Assembly (NCBI GenBank): GCA_014239955.1
Contig: JAAZXW010000019.1
Coordinates: 53,298-117,297, forward strand
Source of the DNA: Methanobacteriota archaeon
GTDB lineage: Archaea; Thermoplasmatota; Poseidoniia; Poseidoniales; Thalassarchaeaceae
Direction: 5' to 3'
DNA: 64,000 bases
Below the pieces are notes generated by a model. The model was given only the letters and a program-made list of their open reading frames with translations. It was not told the DNA's origin and made no database searches. Shown here one piece after another: positions 1 to 9,200 of the stretch. Position numbers and translations under genes: made by a program. How positions within the stretch are numbered: position 1 is the stretch's first letter; the number at the start of each line of letters is the position of its first letter.

Positions 1-169
1 CAGCCGCCTTCCCACCAATGTTCCTCAAAGCGAAAAGAGCCCTCATTCTCTGGAACATCCTCTCGTTCTCATTGCATAGCGTCGTTCTAAGATTCTCTAT
101 GGACAAACCTTCGCTGGCAGGCGCTGGATCGACTGAACCAAACTCGCTGACATCGGGCTTTTCAGCCAT
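1..169 (-). CDS. HEAT/PBS-lyase-like repeat protein, N-terminal fragment (gene continues past window edge)
   Basis: Minus-strand ATG at 169..167 gives MAEKPDVSEFGSVDPAPASEGLSIENLRTTLCNENERMFQRMRALFALRNIGGKAA; RALFALRNIG resembles HEAT-like (PBS lyase / deoxyhypusine hydroxylase type) repeats; start overlaps the stop of the upstream gene (TAATG). Confidence 0.35.
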   Translation of the reverse strand, partial: MAEKPDVSEFGSVDPAPASEGLSIENLRTTLCNENERMFQRMRALFALRNIGGKAA

Positions 170-1107
170 TACTCATCAGCTCCAATGAACTCCATGCCTC
201 TAGCATCGAAATCTCCTCTGACTAGGCCAACTTCCTTCCCCCTCTCAAGAAATAGCCTAACAGCCTCACGGCCTTCTTTGCCATAGTCTACCGTCCTGCC
301 ATTAACATACATTCTGACGAATTCCTCATTTGTGTTCTCATCGATGCCCCTTCCCCACTTTATTGCATCCTGCAGGGCCGCATCTGGGATTCTCAGCGAG
401 TATTCAATGCTCTTCCTAACGTCATTAGATATTGTCCTACACATTTCTTCGCCAAGGTCTCTCCGAACCACGTTTCCGCCAAGTGGAAGCGGGAGCCCTG
501 TTAGTTGGTTCCACCAGATTCCAAGATCAACCACCATGTGCGCTCCCTCATTGGCCCATGTCAATTGTCCTTCATGAATGATCACCCCTACATCGAACTC
601 TCCGCTGAGTACGCCCGATTGGATCTTATCGAAGGCCACCTCCTTGACTTCCACGTCCCCCAATGCAAGTACAAGAGCCAAGTAGGAACTCGTGCTTTTG
701 CCAGGTACAGCAATAACATGGTCCTTGGCCTCTTCAACTTCCATTTTCCTATTCGAGATCAATATGGGGCCGTACCCCTCTCCCATTGACGCTCCACAAT
801 TCATTAGTGCATAGTCTCCAGAAATTTTGGGATACGAGTGGATGCTTACTGCGGATACTTCGAAGTTTCCCTCCTGAGCGTCGTGGTTTAGGGTATCGAT
901 GTCTACCAGAAAGTGTTCATAGAATCTCCCCGGGGTTTCTATTATTCCTTGGGTAAGGGCATAGAACATGAAAGCGTCATCAGGGTCGGGTGAATGCCCG
1001 ATTCTAATTTTCGTTTCTCCATCGTTCATGTTCAATCCGTGGTGGTTGAGTTGAAATGGGTTTTCGTCTGTGGCCCTCCGCGTAATAATGAAATGGTTTG
1101 TACTCAA
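169..1107 (-). CDS. MqnA/MqnD-family menaquinone (futalosine pathway) biosynthesis protein; probable true start at internal Met near 1029
   Basis: KIRIGHSPDPDDAFMFYALTQGIIETPG...DIDTLN matches the N-terminal signature of chorismate dehydratase MqnA / 1,4-dihydroxy-6-naphthoate synthase MqnD (GYSPCPNDTFAFYGL...TPG...ETLN). Confidence 0.6.
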   Translation of the reverse strand: MSTNHFIITRRATDENPFQLNHHGLNMNDGETKIRIGHSPDPDDAFMFYALTQGIIETPGRFYEHFLVDIDTLNHDAQEGNFEVSAVSIHSYPKISGDYALMNCGASMGEGYGPILISNRKMEVEEAKDHVIAVPGKSTSSYLALVLALGDVEVKEVAFDKIQSGVLSGEFDVGVIIHEGQLTWANEGAHMVVDLGIWWNQLTGLPLPLGGNVVRRDLGEEMCRTISNDVRKSIEYSLRIPDAALQDAIKWGRGIDENTNEEFVRMYVNGRTVDYGKEGREAVRLFLERGKEVGLVRGDFDARGMEFIGADE

Positions 1108-1116
1108 GGGGAGAAC

Positions 1117-1311
1117 ATGCCCGACGCATCGAAGCTATCAACCGCTTCAGGTCAACTGGGTCCCATATGCGCCATAACCGGCAAGCCTCTCAAGTTCTCA
1201 GAGGCGATCGTCCTTGACGATGAGTACGTTTGCTGGGAAGCATACGTGGAAGTGACAGGGGCGGCTCCGTCAACCGAGGGGAAGGATGTCGGCGGACTAA
1301 AGCTAGGCTGA
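1117..1311 (+). CDS. small hypothetical protein (64 aa) immediately upstream of and abutting priS
   Basis: ATG at 1117 after the end of the antisense mqn gene; stop directly abuts priS start at 1312; no recognisable motif. Confidence 0.25.
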   Translation: MPDASKLSTASGQLGPICAITGKPLKFSEAIVLDDEYVCWEAYVEVTGAAPSTEGKDVGGLKLG

Positions 1312-2550
1312 TTGAAAACTTATGGCCCTCGACCATGTATCTGGGCTATGGCAGGGGGCTGGAGCAGGTTCGCACTGCGATTCTCTGAGTATTATGACTC
1401 GATTTCGGCACAATCCCACTGGACCCCTCCAAGGTTGAGGAACAGGGAGTGGATGTTCATTCCTTGGGGAGGGGCCCCTCCCGACCGGCACAGATCATTT
1501 CCCGATAAGAATGCCCTGCATTCATACCTCAGAAGTAGGGCTCCACACTCGTGCTTTCATAGCACTGCATACTACCAAGACCCATCCCATGGAAAGATGT
1601 CCGAGAAGGGTTGGCTTGGGGCCGATCTGATTTTCGATTTGGATGGGGATCACCTCCCGGGTGTATCCGATAACGACTTCCCTGCTATGATTGAGGTTAT
1701 CCAAGGCCAGGCATGGCGACTGTGGAACGAATTCCTGGAACCAGAATTTGGCTTCAATGCAAAGCACGCCCAATTTACATTTTCCGGGCACAGAGGTTTC
1801 CACATACATGTCAGGGATCCCAGTTTGATGCATCTGGATTCAAATGCTCGTAGGGAGATAGTCAACTACATCAGAGGGGAGGGTATTGACATTCAGTCAA
1901 CGATCTCCGATGACTCGGGGTGGGGGCACAGGGCCATGAATGGCATCGACTCAACCTTGGGGAAGTTGTCCAAGATCTCTAACGGTGGACGTGGAAAGGG
2001 TGCAATCCTCAACGAGTTGCATGGAATTCTTACGACTAGGTCGAAATCCCCCAGAGTCAACCTCAAGTCCACTTCAAAGGCCAGTATCGAGGAGCTCGCA
2101 ATGCTAGCAGACACAGAGGATAGGGTTAGCAGGATGAAGCAAGATCCAAGCCTTGCCGTGTTTGGCCCCAAATGCACTCCAATTTTCTGGGAGCTTGTGA
2201 AAGGCGACTCGTCTGTCGTGATCGGAACCGCTGGAGAAACCGATGAAGTTGTGACTGTAGATACAAAGAGAGTAATCAGGTGGGTCGGGAGTCTTCATGG
2301 AAAATCCGGACTCAGGGTTACCGAATTGCCTCTCGAGAGACTAGACCCGGATTCAAGCAATAGTTTCGATCCACTCACCGAGGCAGTAGTGTTTAACGGA
2401 GGCTCTTCGAGAGTGAGGATTCTGTCCGAGGACGTTACCGCTGAGATATCTGGGCAAAGGGTGGAGCCATCACTTGGGGACGAATTAGAAGTTCAGGAGT
2501 CAATGGCGATGTTTCTGTGCTTGAAAGGTTGGGCGGAACTCTGCAAATGA
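1312..2550 (+). CDS. priS: DNA primase small (catalytic) subunit PriS
   Basis: Archaeo-eukaryotic primase motifs: DLIFDLDGDH (DxD metal site), FSGHRGFHIHV (SGxRGxH), N-terminal REW..F region; non-ATG (TTG) start in ORF track. Confidence 0.85.
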   Translation: MKTYGPRPCIWAMAGGWSRFALRFSEYYDSISAQSHWTPPRLRNREWMFIPWGGAPPDRHRSFPDKNALHSYLRSRAPHSCFHSTAYYQDPSHGKMSEKGWLGADLIFDLDGDHLPGVSDNDFPAMIEVIQGQAWRLWNEFLEPEFGFNAKHAQFTFSGHRGFHIHVRDPSLMHLDSNARREIVNYIRGEGIDIQSTISDDSGWGHRAMNGIDSTLGKLSKISNGGRGKGAILNELHGILTTRSKSPRVNLKSTSKASIEELAMLADTEDRVSRMKQDPSLAVFGPKCTPIFWELVKGDSSVVIGTAGETDEVVTVDTKRVIRWVGSLHGKSGLRVTELPLERLDPDSSNSFDPLTEAVVFNGGSSRVRILSEDVTAEISGQRVEPSLGDELEVQESMAMFLCLKGWAELCK

Positions 2551-2609
2551 ACCCGATTCCCCCAAATCAGTGAGAAATTGATTCATCTCGATTACGAAGC
2601 CACAGAATA

Positions 2610-3620
2610 TTGAATAGTGGTGAACTACGGAATCGAGCCGTGGTTGACCCGTTGGACGACATGGATGCCGATTCAGAAGGGCCCCCTGACCCTCTCCCCC
2701 CGCCCCCTCCGGGCATCTCAATCCCAACCCCCGGTGCCGAACTACCTTTGCCGGTAATCCCGCCATTACCAAAGGATCCACCACGACCTCAGTTTGGCTT
2801 TATTCCGGAACCAGCAGCCGATGGGGACCTCTTGGACGCTGCAAATTCTCTTGGCTCTACACCTCCAAGTTTGGAAACCGAGAAACCATCAGATTTCAAA
2901 TCAGTATGGGATAGGAGAAAGTCCTCAAACCCCTCAATTTCCAGCGACACAAGAGATAGCATATACAACAGGATTGACAGGATCTCTACTGGTCGGGGTC
3001 ATTCTCTGATGGACAGGTACGCCGATCGTTTCGGATCCGATCTGGATAGGGAGATCATCGTCCTGAGGAAGAAGGATCAGCATGATTTAGCCTCAATTAA
3101 GCCGACAGTAGAGTTGATCTCCGATTCCGGCAATAACGAGATGTCGTTATCCGAATTCATCGAGGCAATGGATGATTCCGACTTCATCATCCGAGTAGCG
3201 GAGAAGACGGGCGTTTCAGTCGACAAGATTAACGAGTTAGATTTGGACTCAATGCACACATTCTTCGAGAGCGCCGACATAGACAACTCCGGCTCTCTTG
3301 ACTTCGACGAGTTCGTTAATGGGATCATACAGAGCTTCAGGAGTAATGACGAGGACTTTGCTCACTTCTTCACGGTGGTGAACGGCCTACTCGGGCAATT
3401 GCCCGATGACAAGACGGTCTCCTTCATCGAATCAGACGGATTCAAACTATTCGAGTCAGTCGGCAGTGACCCAAAGTCGTTCGATAGTGATTCAAGGGGG
3501 GAGTTCTTCACGATGGTTAATGAACTGCTTGTTGACCTGCCTGATGCAGTGATGAAGTCATTCACTGAATCGCAGGATTTCGATTTGTACAAGCTAATCG
3601 CAAGCAGGTATGGTGGTTGA
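2610..3620 (+). CDS. EF-hand calcium-binding domain protein with Pro-rich N-terminus and internal repeats
   Basis: Canonical EF-hand loop DIDNSGSLDFDE flanked by helices (MHTFFESA / FVNGIIQSF); paired degenerate hand LSEFIEAMDDSDF; two further pseudo-repeats FFTVVNGLLGQLPDD / FFTMVNELLVDLPDA; Pro-rich low-complexity N-terminus; TTG start, first in-frame ATG at 2661. Confidence 0.55.
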   Translation: MNSGELRNRAVVDPLDDMDADSEGPPDPLPPPPPGISIPTPGAELPLPVIPPLPKDPPRPQFGFIPEPAADGDLLDAANSLGSTPPSLETEKPSDFKSVWDRRKSSNPSISSDTRDSIYNRIDRISTGRGHSLMDRYADRFGSDLDREIIVLRKKDQHDLASIKPTVELISDSGNNEMSLSEFIEAMDDSDFIIRVAEKTGVSVDKINELDLDSMHTFFESADIDNSGSLDFDEFVNGIIQSFRSNDEDFAHFFTVVNGLLGQLPDDKTVSFIESDGFKLFESVGSDPKSFDSDSRGEFFTMVNELLVDLPDAVMKSFTESQDFDLYKLIASRYGG

Positions 3621-4442
3621 ATGGGTCTCTTAGAGAAGGCAGGCCAGATAAATTCGGGGGATACATCCGCTGTTTCCCCAGCAGAACCGGAGATCAAGGC
3701 CCAACCAGTAGCTGCCGAAACCGTGGCAGAGCCCGAACCAGTTCAAGTAAAGAAGAGGTCACGTAGGAAGAGGGCGACTAGAAAGAAGAGAGAGCCAAGG
3801 GAGAAGAGGGTCAGGGTAGCAAAGGTCCTCCCCGAGGGATACGAGGAAGCATCGAGGAGCCAGAGGGTAATTCGGAGAGGCTCCGATTTCGCTGTTTCTT
3901 ACGGCTGGACGGTCCCACTTTCCGTGTTAACAGCATGGGGTTCGTACTTTGATCCAACATATGTCTTCCTATTGGGCATCCTTCTGATGGGATTCAATCT
4001 CGGATTCATGCCTTACACAACGAATAGAACGGTAGGTAACTGGATTAGCAGAACTACTTTCATTACCTCTAAGTCTGGCACGCCCCACCAGTCCTACCTC
4101 TTCCTGAAGGGTCTGACTTTCCCAATGGTGATGCTGGGTATGATCATATTCCTTACCTCAACATCAGAGGGATTTGGCAGCAGGAAGGGCCAGATACTAC
4201 TAGGTTCTTCCCTAATATTCCTATTGCCCCCATTACTGGACTACCTGTTCTATCGTCTCAAGAGGGACGATCTCGGTCTTTGGGATACCCTGTATGGTGG
4301 GGTTTGGATGGTCAAGACATCTAAGTCGACTGAGTCGAAGGGCTGGTTGAAGAGGCTTGAGCAACTCGGTGATTACTCTGAATCTCAGGGTTGGTGGTCC
4401 GACAATGAGTCTAACGATGACTCTGGTTCCCCAGATGCCTGA
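3621..4442 (+). CDS. membrane protein with strongly basic (K/R-rich) cytoplasmic N-terminal tail, translationally coupled to the EF-hand gene
   Basis: ATG immediately after upstream TGA (TGAATG); KKRSRRKRATRKKREPREKRVRV tract followed by 3-4 hydrophobic helices; acidic Ser/Asp-rich C-terminus. Confidence 0.5.
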   Translation: MGLLEKAGQINSGDTSAVSPAEPEIKAQPVAAETVAEPEPVQVKKRSRRKRATRKKREPREKRVRVAKVLPEGYEEASRSQRVIRRGSDFAVSYGWTVPLSVLTAWGSYFDPTYVFLLGILLMGFNLGFMPYTTNRTVGNWISRTTFITSKSGTPHQSYLFLKGLTFPMVMLGMIIFLTSTSEGFGSRKGQILLGSSLIFLLPPLLDYLFYRLKRDDLGLWDTLYGGVWMVKTSKSTESKGWLKRLEQLGDYSESQGWWSDNESNDDSGSPDA

Positions 4443-4454
4443 GACTCCCCAGTT

Positions 4455-5498
4455 CTATTCAGGCTCAGAATCGTATCTGATTTTTGCGAGCTCTCTCATG
4501 TCCTCGTGAAGAACGCCACCATCAATGGCCTCTTGATCGGACTCATCTACAATCTCCACACCAAGAAGGGTCTCAATTATGTCCTCCATGGTGACCAGCC
4601 CCGCAGTGCCTCCGAACTGATCCTTTGCAACCAATAATTGCTCCTTGTTCTCAAGGAGGATGTCGAGGGCCTTATCGACAGATGTGCCTATATCACATGT
4701 TACCAGTTCCCTGGATAGTTCGGACATCTTTGTATCGAAATGATCGTCCGCAGCCTTTCTGAGAATCTCACTTCTCAGTACTAGTCCAGTCATTTCGTCT
4801 ACGTTTTCCTGGTAAACAGGCAACCTTCCGTGAATCATTATTGGCAGCCTATCCATTACCTCCCTAACGGTCTCGGTTTCCTTGACTGATGTCATTACCA
4901 CTCTTGGAGTCATTATTTCGGTAACCTTCATCTCCCTGAGTTTCAAAAGATTCTGAATTACGGCCTCCTCGTCCTCCTCGATAACATCAGACTCCTCAGC
5001 GATATCTGCTAGTACCGAAAGCTCATTCCGAGTCACAGTTTCTGTCACGACGTGCGGGAAAGGGGCGCGCATAAGCTCGATAATACCCACAATTGGCCAT
5101 AGAACCCACATCAAGCCCCTGAGGACATGGTATGAGGAAACAGTCATCCTCCTCCAGTATAGGGCCCCTATGGTCTTTGGGAGAATCTCACTTAGCAAGA
5201 GTATTGCAATGGTCAAAATAGCTGCAGAACCGGCAACTACGTACTCCCCTTGGAAGTTGTTCTCAACCTCGGAACCAACTCCAAGCGCCCCTACGGTGTG
5301 CGCTATCGTGTTGAGAGTCAGAATTGCAGTAAGAGGCCTCTCGGGATCATCCTTCCATTTGGACCACGTGGCACTCACCTTCGCGTGTGTGTCCTTCAAG
5401 GCGACAATGTGCCCGTGTGAAGTGGAGAGCAGTACAGCCTCTAGAATACTGCAGAGAAATGAGGCACCCAACGCCAGTACGGCGTAGGAGATCATCAT
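4455..5498 (-). CDS. CNNM/CorC-family Mg2+/Co2+ transporter (DUF21 TM domain + CBS pair + CorC_HlyC C-terminal domain)
   Basis: N-terminal multi-TM DUF21-like region, tandem CBS motifs (LPVYQENVDEMTGLVL...VTCDIGTSVDKALDIL) and C-terminal transporter-associated domain (GGTAGLVTMEDIIETLLGVEIVDESD). Start trimmed to Met-Met at 5498 because the longest ORF (to 5609) would sit 12 bp from the divergent metG start. Confidence 0.75.
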   Translation of the reverse strand: MMISYAVLALGASFLCSILEAVLLSTSHGHIVALKDTHAKVSATWSKWKDDPERPLTAILTLNTIAHTVGALGVGSEVENNFQGEYVVAGSAAILTIAILLLSEILPKTIGALYWRRMTVSSYHVLRGLMWVLWPIVGIIELMRAPFPHVVTETVTRNELSVLADIAEESDVIEEDEEAVIQNLLKLREMKVTEIMTPRVVMTSVKETETVREVMDRLPIMIHGRLPVYQENVDEMTGLVLRSEILRKAADDHFDTKMSELSRELVTCDIGTSVDKALDILLENKEQLLVAKDQFGGTAGLVTMEDIIETLLGVEIVDESDQEAIDGGVLHEDMRELAKIRYDSEPE

Positions 5499-5607
5499 AG
5501 TGTAATCAGTCAATTCTGATGCCTCTAGGAACCTTCGAATCTCTTGAGAAACGTCCAGTTTGGATTTCCACAGCGTTTGGCTCCGGCCTGTTCCGGGCGA
5601 ACATGAC

Positions 5608-5615
5608 ATAAATAT
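5608..5615 (+). promoter_or_regulatory. candidate archaeal TATA box (ATAAATAT) about 30 bp upstream of the metG ATG
   Basis: AT-rich octamer in an otherwise balanced intergenic region; spacing typical of archaeal promoters with a short leader. Confidence 0.3.
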
Positions 5616-5644
5616 CTAACTTGACGGGTCGTTTGGGTTCAGAC

Positions 5645-7837
5645 ATGGAGTACGTCACTATTTTCATGGCTTGGCCATATGCCAACGGGCCTCTTCACCT
5701 AGGTCATGTGGCCGGAAATTGCCTTCCCGCAGATATCCAGTACAGATACGAACGTGCTCGTGGTCGACGAGTGCTGATGTGTAGCGGTTCAGATGAACAC
5801 GGCACTCCAATCACAATAACTGCAGAGGAGATGGGAATCAGTCCTCAGGATGTCGTCGACAAGTACCACGAAATCAATACGAAGGCATTAGCCGATCTAG
5901 GGTGTTCGTGGGTTAATCCAGTCGATTCCAGGGGGGTCGAGTTTGGAGGGGCACTGTATAATCGAACCTCTGACGCCTTGCACAAGGAAATAGTCCAGGA
6001 AGTTTTCACGGAGTTGCTAAATTCTGGCTTTCTCGAAAAGAAGTCCATGCAACAGTACTGTTCCGTCAACAAGGAAGGCAATGTCAGATTCCTCCCCGAT
6101 AGATACGTCGAAGGAAACTGCCCCTCTTGTTCGGCAGATGGCGCTAGAGGCGATCAATGCGACTCATGTGGCGCTACCTACGAGGCTCATGAATTGGTCG
6201 ACCCACGCTCAAAACTGGACCAAGAGTCAGAAATCGAGGTCAGGGACACCGAGCACTACTTCCTACGTCTAAATGACTTCCAGGATGCATTGGAGAAGCA
6301 TGCCTCGGAGAGGCAGAGGGTATGGAAGCCCAATGTGAGGGCCATGTCGAAGAACTGGCTCGAAATGGGTCTTCGCCCCCGTGCCGTTACCAGGGACATA
6401 GAATGGGGGATAACTATCCCTGTCGATGGTGACGAGTGGGATTCTAAGAGGGTCTACGTGTGGTTCGAAGCAGTGCAGGGTTACTACACCTGCGCTAGGA
6501 TATGGGCATCCCGATTTGCATCCAATGAAGGCCATCCTGACGGTGAAGACGCATGGAAGAGGTGGTGGAACGTCCCAGAATCCGGAGAATCACCAAAGCA
6601 CATCTATTTCATGGGCAAGGACAACATCCCTTTCCACACTATCATCTGGCCAGCAATTATCATGGGTCTGAATGCTTCTAATGCGTCAGAAATTTCACAT
6701 ATTCCGAATATCGGGGACCTAATTCTTGAGGACAATGTCTCTGCCAACGAATACCTGATGTTGCATGGGGGGCAGTTCAGCAAGAGCAGGAGACATGCTG
6801 TTTGGCTGCCATCTTACTTGGATCAGTATGACGCAGACTCACTTAGGTACTACCTTTCGATAAACATGCCAGAGACACATGACACTGATTTCAGATGGGA
6901 CGAGTACGTCGACAGGGTAAACAACGAACTGATTGGGACGTACGGAAACTTCGTCCACAGGGTAATGACGCTTTCACACAGATTGGATTCTGATAGCGGT
7001 AACCCTCTTTCGCACTATGATGGAATTTCCGATCAAAGCGAGACGATCCAAGAAGTGGAGAAGCAGATTTTTAGTGCCATAGAATCAATGGAGAAGCAGA
7101 GGTTCAAGGAGGCGCTAAGAAGCATTATGGGAATTGCCCAGATTGGGAACTCTCTACTTCAGGAAGCCGCCCCATGGAAGTACATCAATGAGGGTGAATC
7201 CGAGGAAAGGAGCGCCTCCATGTCCTCTCTTGCCCTATCATGGAGGATTTGCTCCTGCCTGGCTGTTTGCATGAGGCCATTCATCCCCTTCTCCTCTGAC
7301 AGACTCTGGCAGATGCTCGGAAACGAATCAGATATCGACAAAGTTCTTTGGGACGAATCGATGGACACGGAGTCAGAACTTTACTGGAACCCAGAAAAGC
7401 CAGAACCACTGTTCACCAGGCTGGACCTCGAGGAGATCCTGGAGCGCGAGAACTCCCTCGCAGACAGTAAGGACAATGACGAGTCACCCAGTCCCGATGA
7501 CGGGGGCGGTTACATCGACTTCGAAGACTTCATGAAAGTAGAGATGAGGACGGGGAAGATAGTGTCCGTCGAGGATCACCCCAACGCAGACAAGTTATTC
7601 GTGATCACCATCGACGAAGGATACGACTCAACCAGAACCGTATGCGCAGGATTGAAGGGCCATTACGAGGCATCGGAATTGGAGGGAATAGATGTCGTAT
7701 TCGTTGCCAATCTCGAGCCTAGGAAGCTCAGGGGTGTAATGTCCGAGGGAATGATCCTAGCTGCCGACGACGGTGAGGGTGGGGTTAAGGTACTAACGAC
7801 CGAGGGTGATATCCTATCCGGGTCAAGGGTCAGGTAA
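5645..7837 (+). CDS. metG: methionyl-tRNA synthetase with C-terminal EMAP/Trbp111-like tRNA-binding domain
   Basis: HIGH motif in WPYANGPLHLGHVAG, KMSKS as KFSKS, Zn knuckle CPSCSADGARGDQCDSCGATY, C-terminal OB-fold (KVEMRTGKIVSVEDHPNADKLFVITIDEG). Confidence 0.9.
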   Translation: MEYVTIFMAWPYANGPLHLGHVAGNCLPADIQYRYERARGRRVLMCSGSDEHGTPITITAEEMGISPQDVVDKYHEINTKALADLGCSWVNPVDSRGVEFGGALYNRTSDALHKEIVQEVFTELLNSGFLEKKSMQQYCSVNKEGNVRFLPDRYVEGNCPSCSADGARGDQCDSCGATYEAHELVDPRSKLDQESEIEVRDTEHYFLRLNDFQDALEKHASERQRVWKPNVRAMSKNWLEMGLRPRAVTRDIEWGITIPVDGDEWDSKRVYVWFEAVQGYYTCARIWASRFASNEGHPDGEDAWKRWWNVPESGESPKHIYFMGKDNIPFHTIIWPAIIMGLNASNASEISHIPNIGDLILEDNVSANEYLMLHGGQFSKSRRHAVWLPSYLDQYDADSLRYYLSINMPETHDTDFRWDEYVDRVNNELIGTYGNFVHRVMTLSHRLDSDSGNPLSHYDGISDQSETIQEVEKQIFSAIESMEKQRFKEALRSIMGIAQIGNSLLQEAAPWKYINEGESEERSASMSSLALSWRICSCLAVCMRPFIPFSSDRLWQMLGNESDIDKVLWDESMDTESELYWNPEKPEPLFTRLDLEEILERENSLADSKDNDESPSPDDGGGYIDFEDFMKVEMRTGKIVSVEDHPNADKLFVITIDEGYDSTRTVCAGLKGHYEASELEGIDVVFVANLEPRKLRGVMSEGMILAADDGEGGVKVLTTEGDILSGSRVR

Positions 7838-7847
7838 TTGATGTCCA

Positions 7848-8357
7848 TCAATCCTTCGTCCATACTGAGTATGTCGATGGATGCTCATTGTGATTATCCT
7901 CGGAGGTTCGTTCGATGACCTCCTCGGACCATTTTGACCTGTCCCACTTCGGGAAAGCCACGTCCCCGCTACCACCAACATGGACCTTCGTAACATGTAT
8001 CTCGTCAACCCTTTCTAGGAACATCTCGTAAATCTGTGACCCCCCAATTACCCAGCACTCATCACTACCTTCGGAAAATGCTATTTCGATCGCTCTCCCA
8101 ACGTATAGTGCAGTCACAGCACCGTCAGCATTCCAGTTTGTGTCCCTGGACATCACTATGTTAGTCCTGTCTGGGAGCGGTGTGAAGTCAGCAGGCAATG
8201 AGTCCCACGTCTTCCTTCCCATTATTACAGAATTGAAGCCATCTCCCTCTGTAAGCCTCTTGAATCTGACCATGTCACTCCTAAGGCGCCATGGAAGCTT
8301 GCCTGAGCTGCCTATGTTGCCATCCTCGTCCATTGCGACAATCATGGCCATCTTCAT
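7848..8357 (-). CDS. folA: dihydrofolate reductase
   Basis: MKMAMIVAMDEDGNIGSSGKLPWRLRSDMVRFKRLTEG...IMGRKTWDSLP...VIGGSQIYE is the classic DHFR signature; start set at the internal Met downstream of the thyA stop. Confidence 0.8.
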   Translation of the reverse strand: MKMAMIVAMDEDGNIGSSGKLPWRLRSDMVRFKRLTEGDGFNSVIMGRKTWDSLPADFTPLPDRTNIVMSRDTNWNADGAVTALYVGRAIEIAFSEGSDECWVIGGSQIYEMFLERVDEIHVTKVHVGGSGDVAFPKWDRSKWSEEVIERTSEDNHNEHPSTYSVWTKD

Positions 8358-8364
8358 GGTATCA

Positions 8365-9159
8365 CTATATGGAAATCGGTGCTGATATGTGAGGGTGGTG
8401 GTCATAGTCTTCGATAGAGATATGTTTGAATCTAAAATCATCAATTCTGGAAATTGATTGGTCAAGTCGCAACTTAGGAAGATCTAGCGGGTCTCTTTCA
8501 ATTTGCTTTTTGGCCTGCTCAATGTGATTGAGATAGAGATGACAATCGCCCCCGGTCCAAACGAACTCTCCAGGTTGCAGACCGCAAACCTGGGCAATCA
8601 TGCAAGTAAGGAGGCTATACGATGAGATGTTGAATGGCACTCCGAGGAACGCATCCGCACTCCTCTGGTAGAGGTTGCAAGACAGTTTTCCCTCGTTTAC
8701 ATAGAACTGGAAAAAGGCATGACACGGCATCAGAGCCATCTCCTCCAATTCCCCGACATTCCATGCAGAGACGATAATCCTCCGACTGCTAGGATTATTC
8801 TTAATCAGATCAATCGCACCCTCCACTTGATCGATTACTCTCCCATCATTGGATTCCCAGAACCTCCATTGTTTGCCGTATACCGGCCCAAGATCCCCAT
8901 TCTCGTCCGCCCACTCATTCCAGATTCTAACTTTGTTCTCCTTGAGATATCTGATGTTTGTTTCACCAGACAGGAACCAAAGCAACTCATGGATCACACT
9001 CGGCCAGTGGACCTTCTTCGTAGTAACAGCAGGAAATCCACTTGATAGGTCGAATCTCATTTGATGGCCAAACACAGAAATTGTTCCTGTCCCAGTCCTA
9101 TCTCCTTTGGCCGCTCCTTCATCGAGAATGCGCCTAAGTAAATCCAGATACTGCTCCAT
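8365..9159 (-). CDS. thyA: thymidylate synthase (ThyA type)
   Basis: [43 protein letters not shown]...[14 protein letters not shown] (catalytic Cys) almost collinear with E. coli ThyA; start placed at MEQYL. Confidence 0.9.
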   Translation of the reverse strand: MEQYLDLLRRILDEGAAKGDRTGTGTISVFGHQMRFDLSSGFPAVTTKKVHWPSVIHELLWFLSGETNIRYLKENKVRIWNEWADENGDLGPVYGKQWRFWESNDGRVIDQVEGAIDLIKNNPSSRRIIVSAWNVGELEEMALMPCHAFFQFYVNEGKLSCNLYQRSADAFLGVPFNISSYSLLTCMIAQVCGLQPGEFVWTGGDCHLYLNHIEQAKKQIERDPLDLPKLRLDQSISRIDDFRFKHISIEDYDHHPHISAPISI

Positions 9160-9200
9160 TACTTTCACGGGTGTGAGTAGGTAGTCCATCAAGAATGCGC

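Noticed and set aside
994-1116. N-terminal 41 codons of ORF 994..1311
   Set aside because: Entirely antisense to the well-supported MqnA/D-family gene; only the part after its end (from ATG 1117) is considered a possible small gene.
4455-5620. Longest ORFs for the CorC-family gene (to 5609, minus) and metG (from 5621, plus)
   Set aside because: Would leave 11 bp between divergent start codons with no room for promoters; internal Met-Met (5498) and ATG 5645 match family N-termini and leave a 146-bp promoter region with a TATA-like box.
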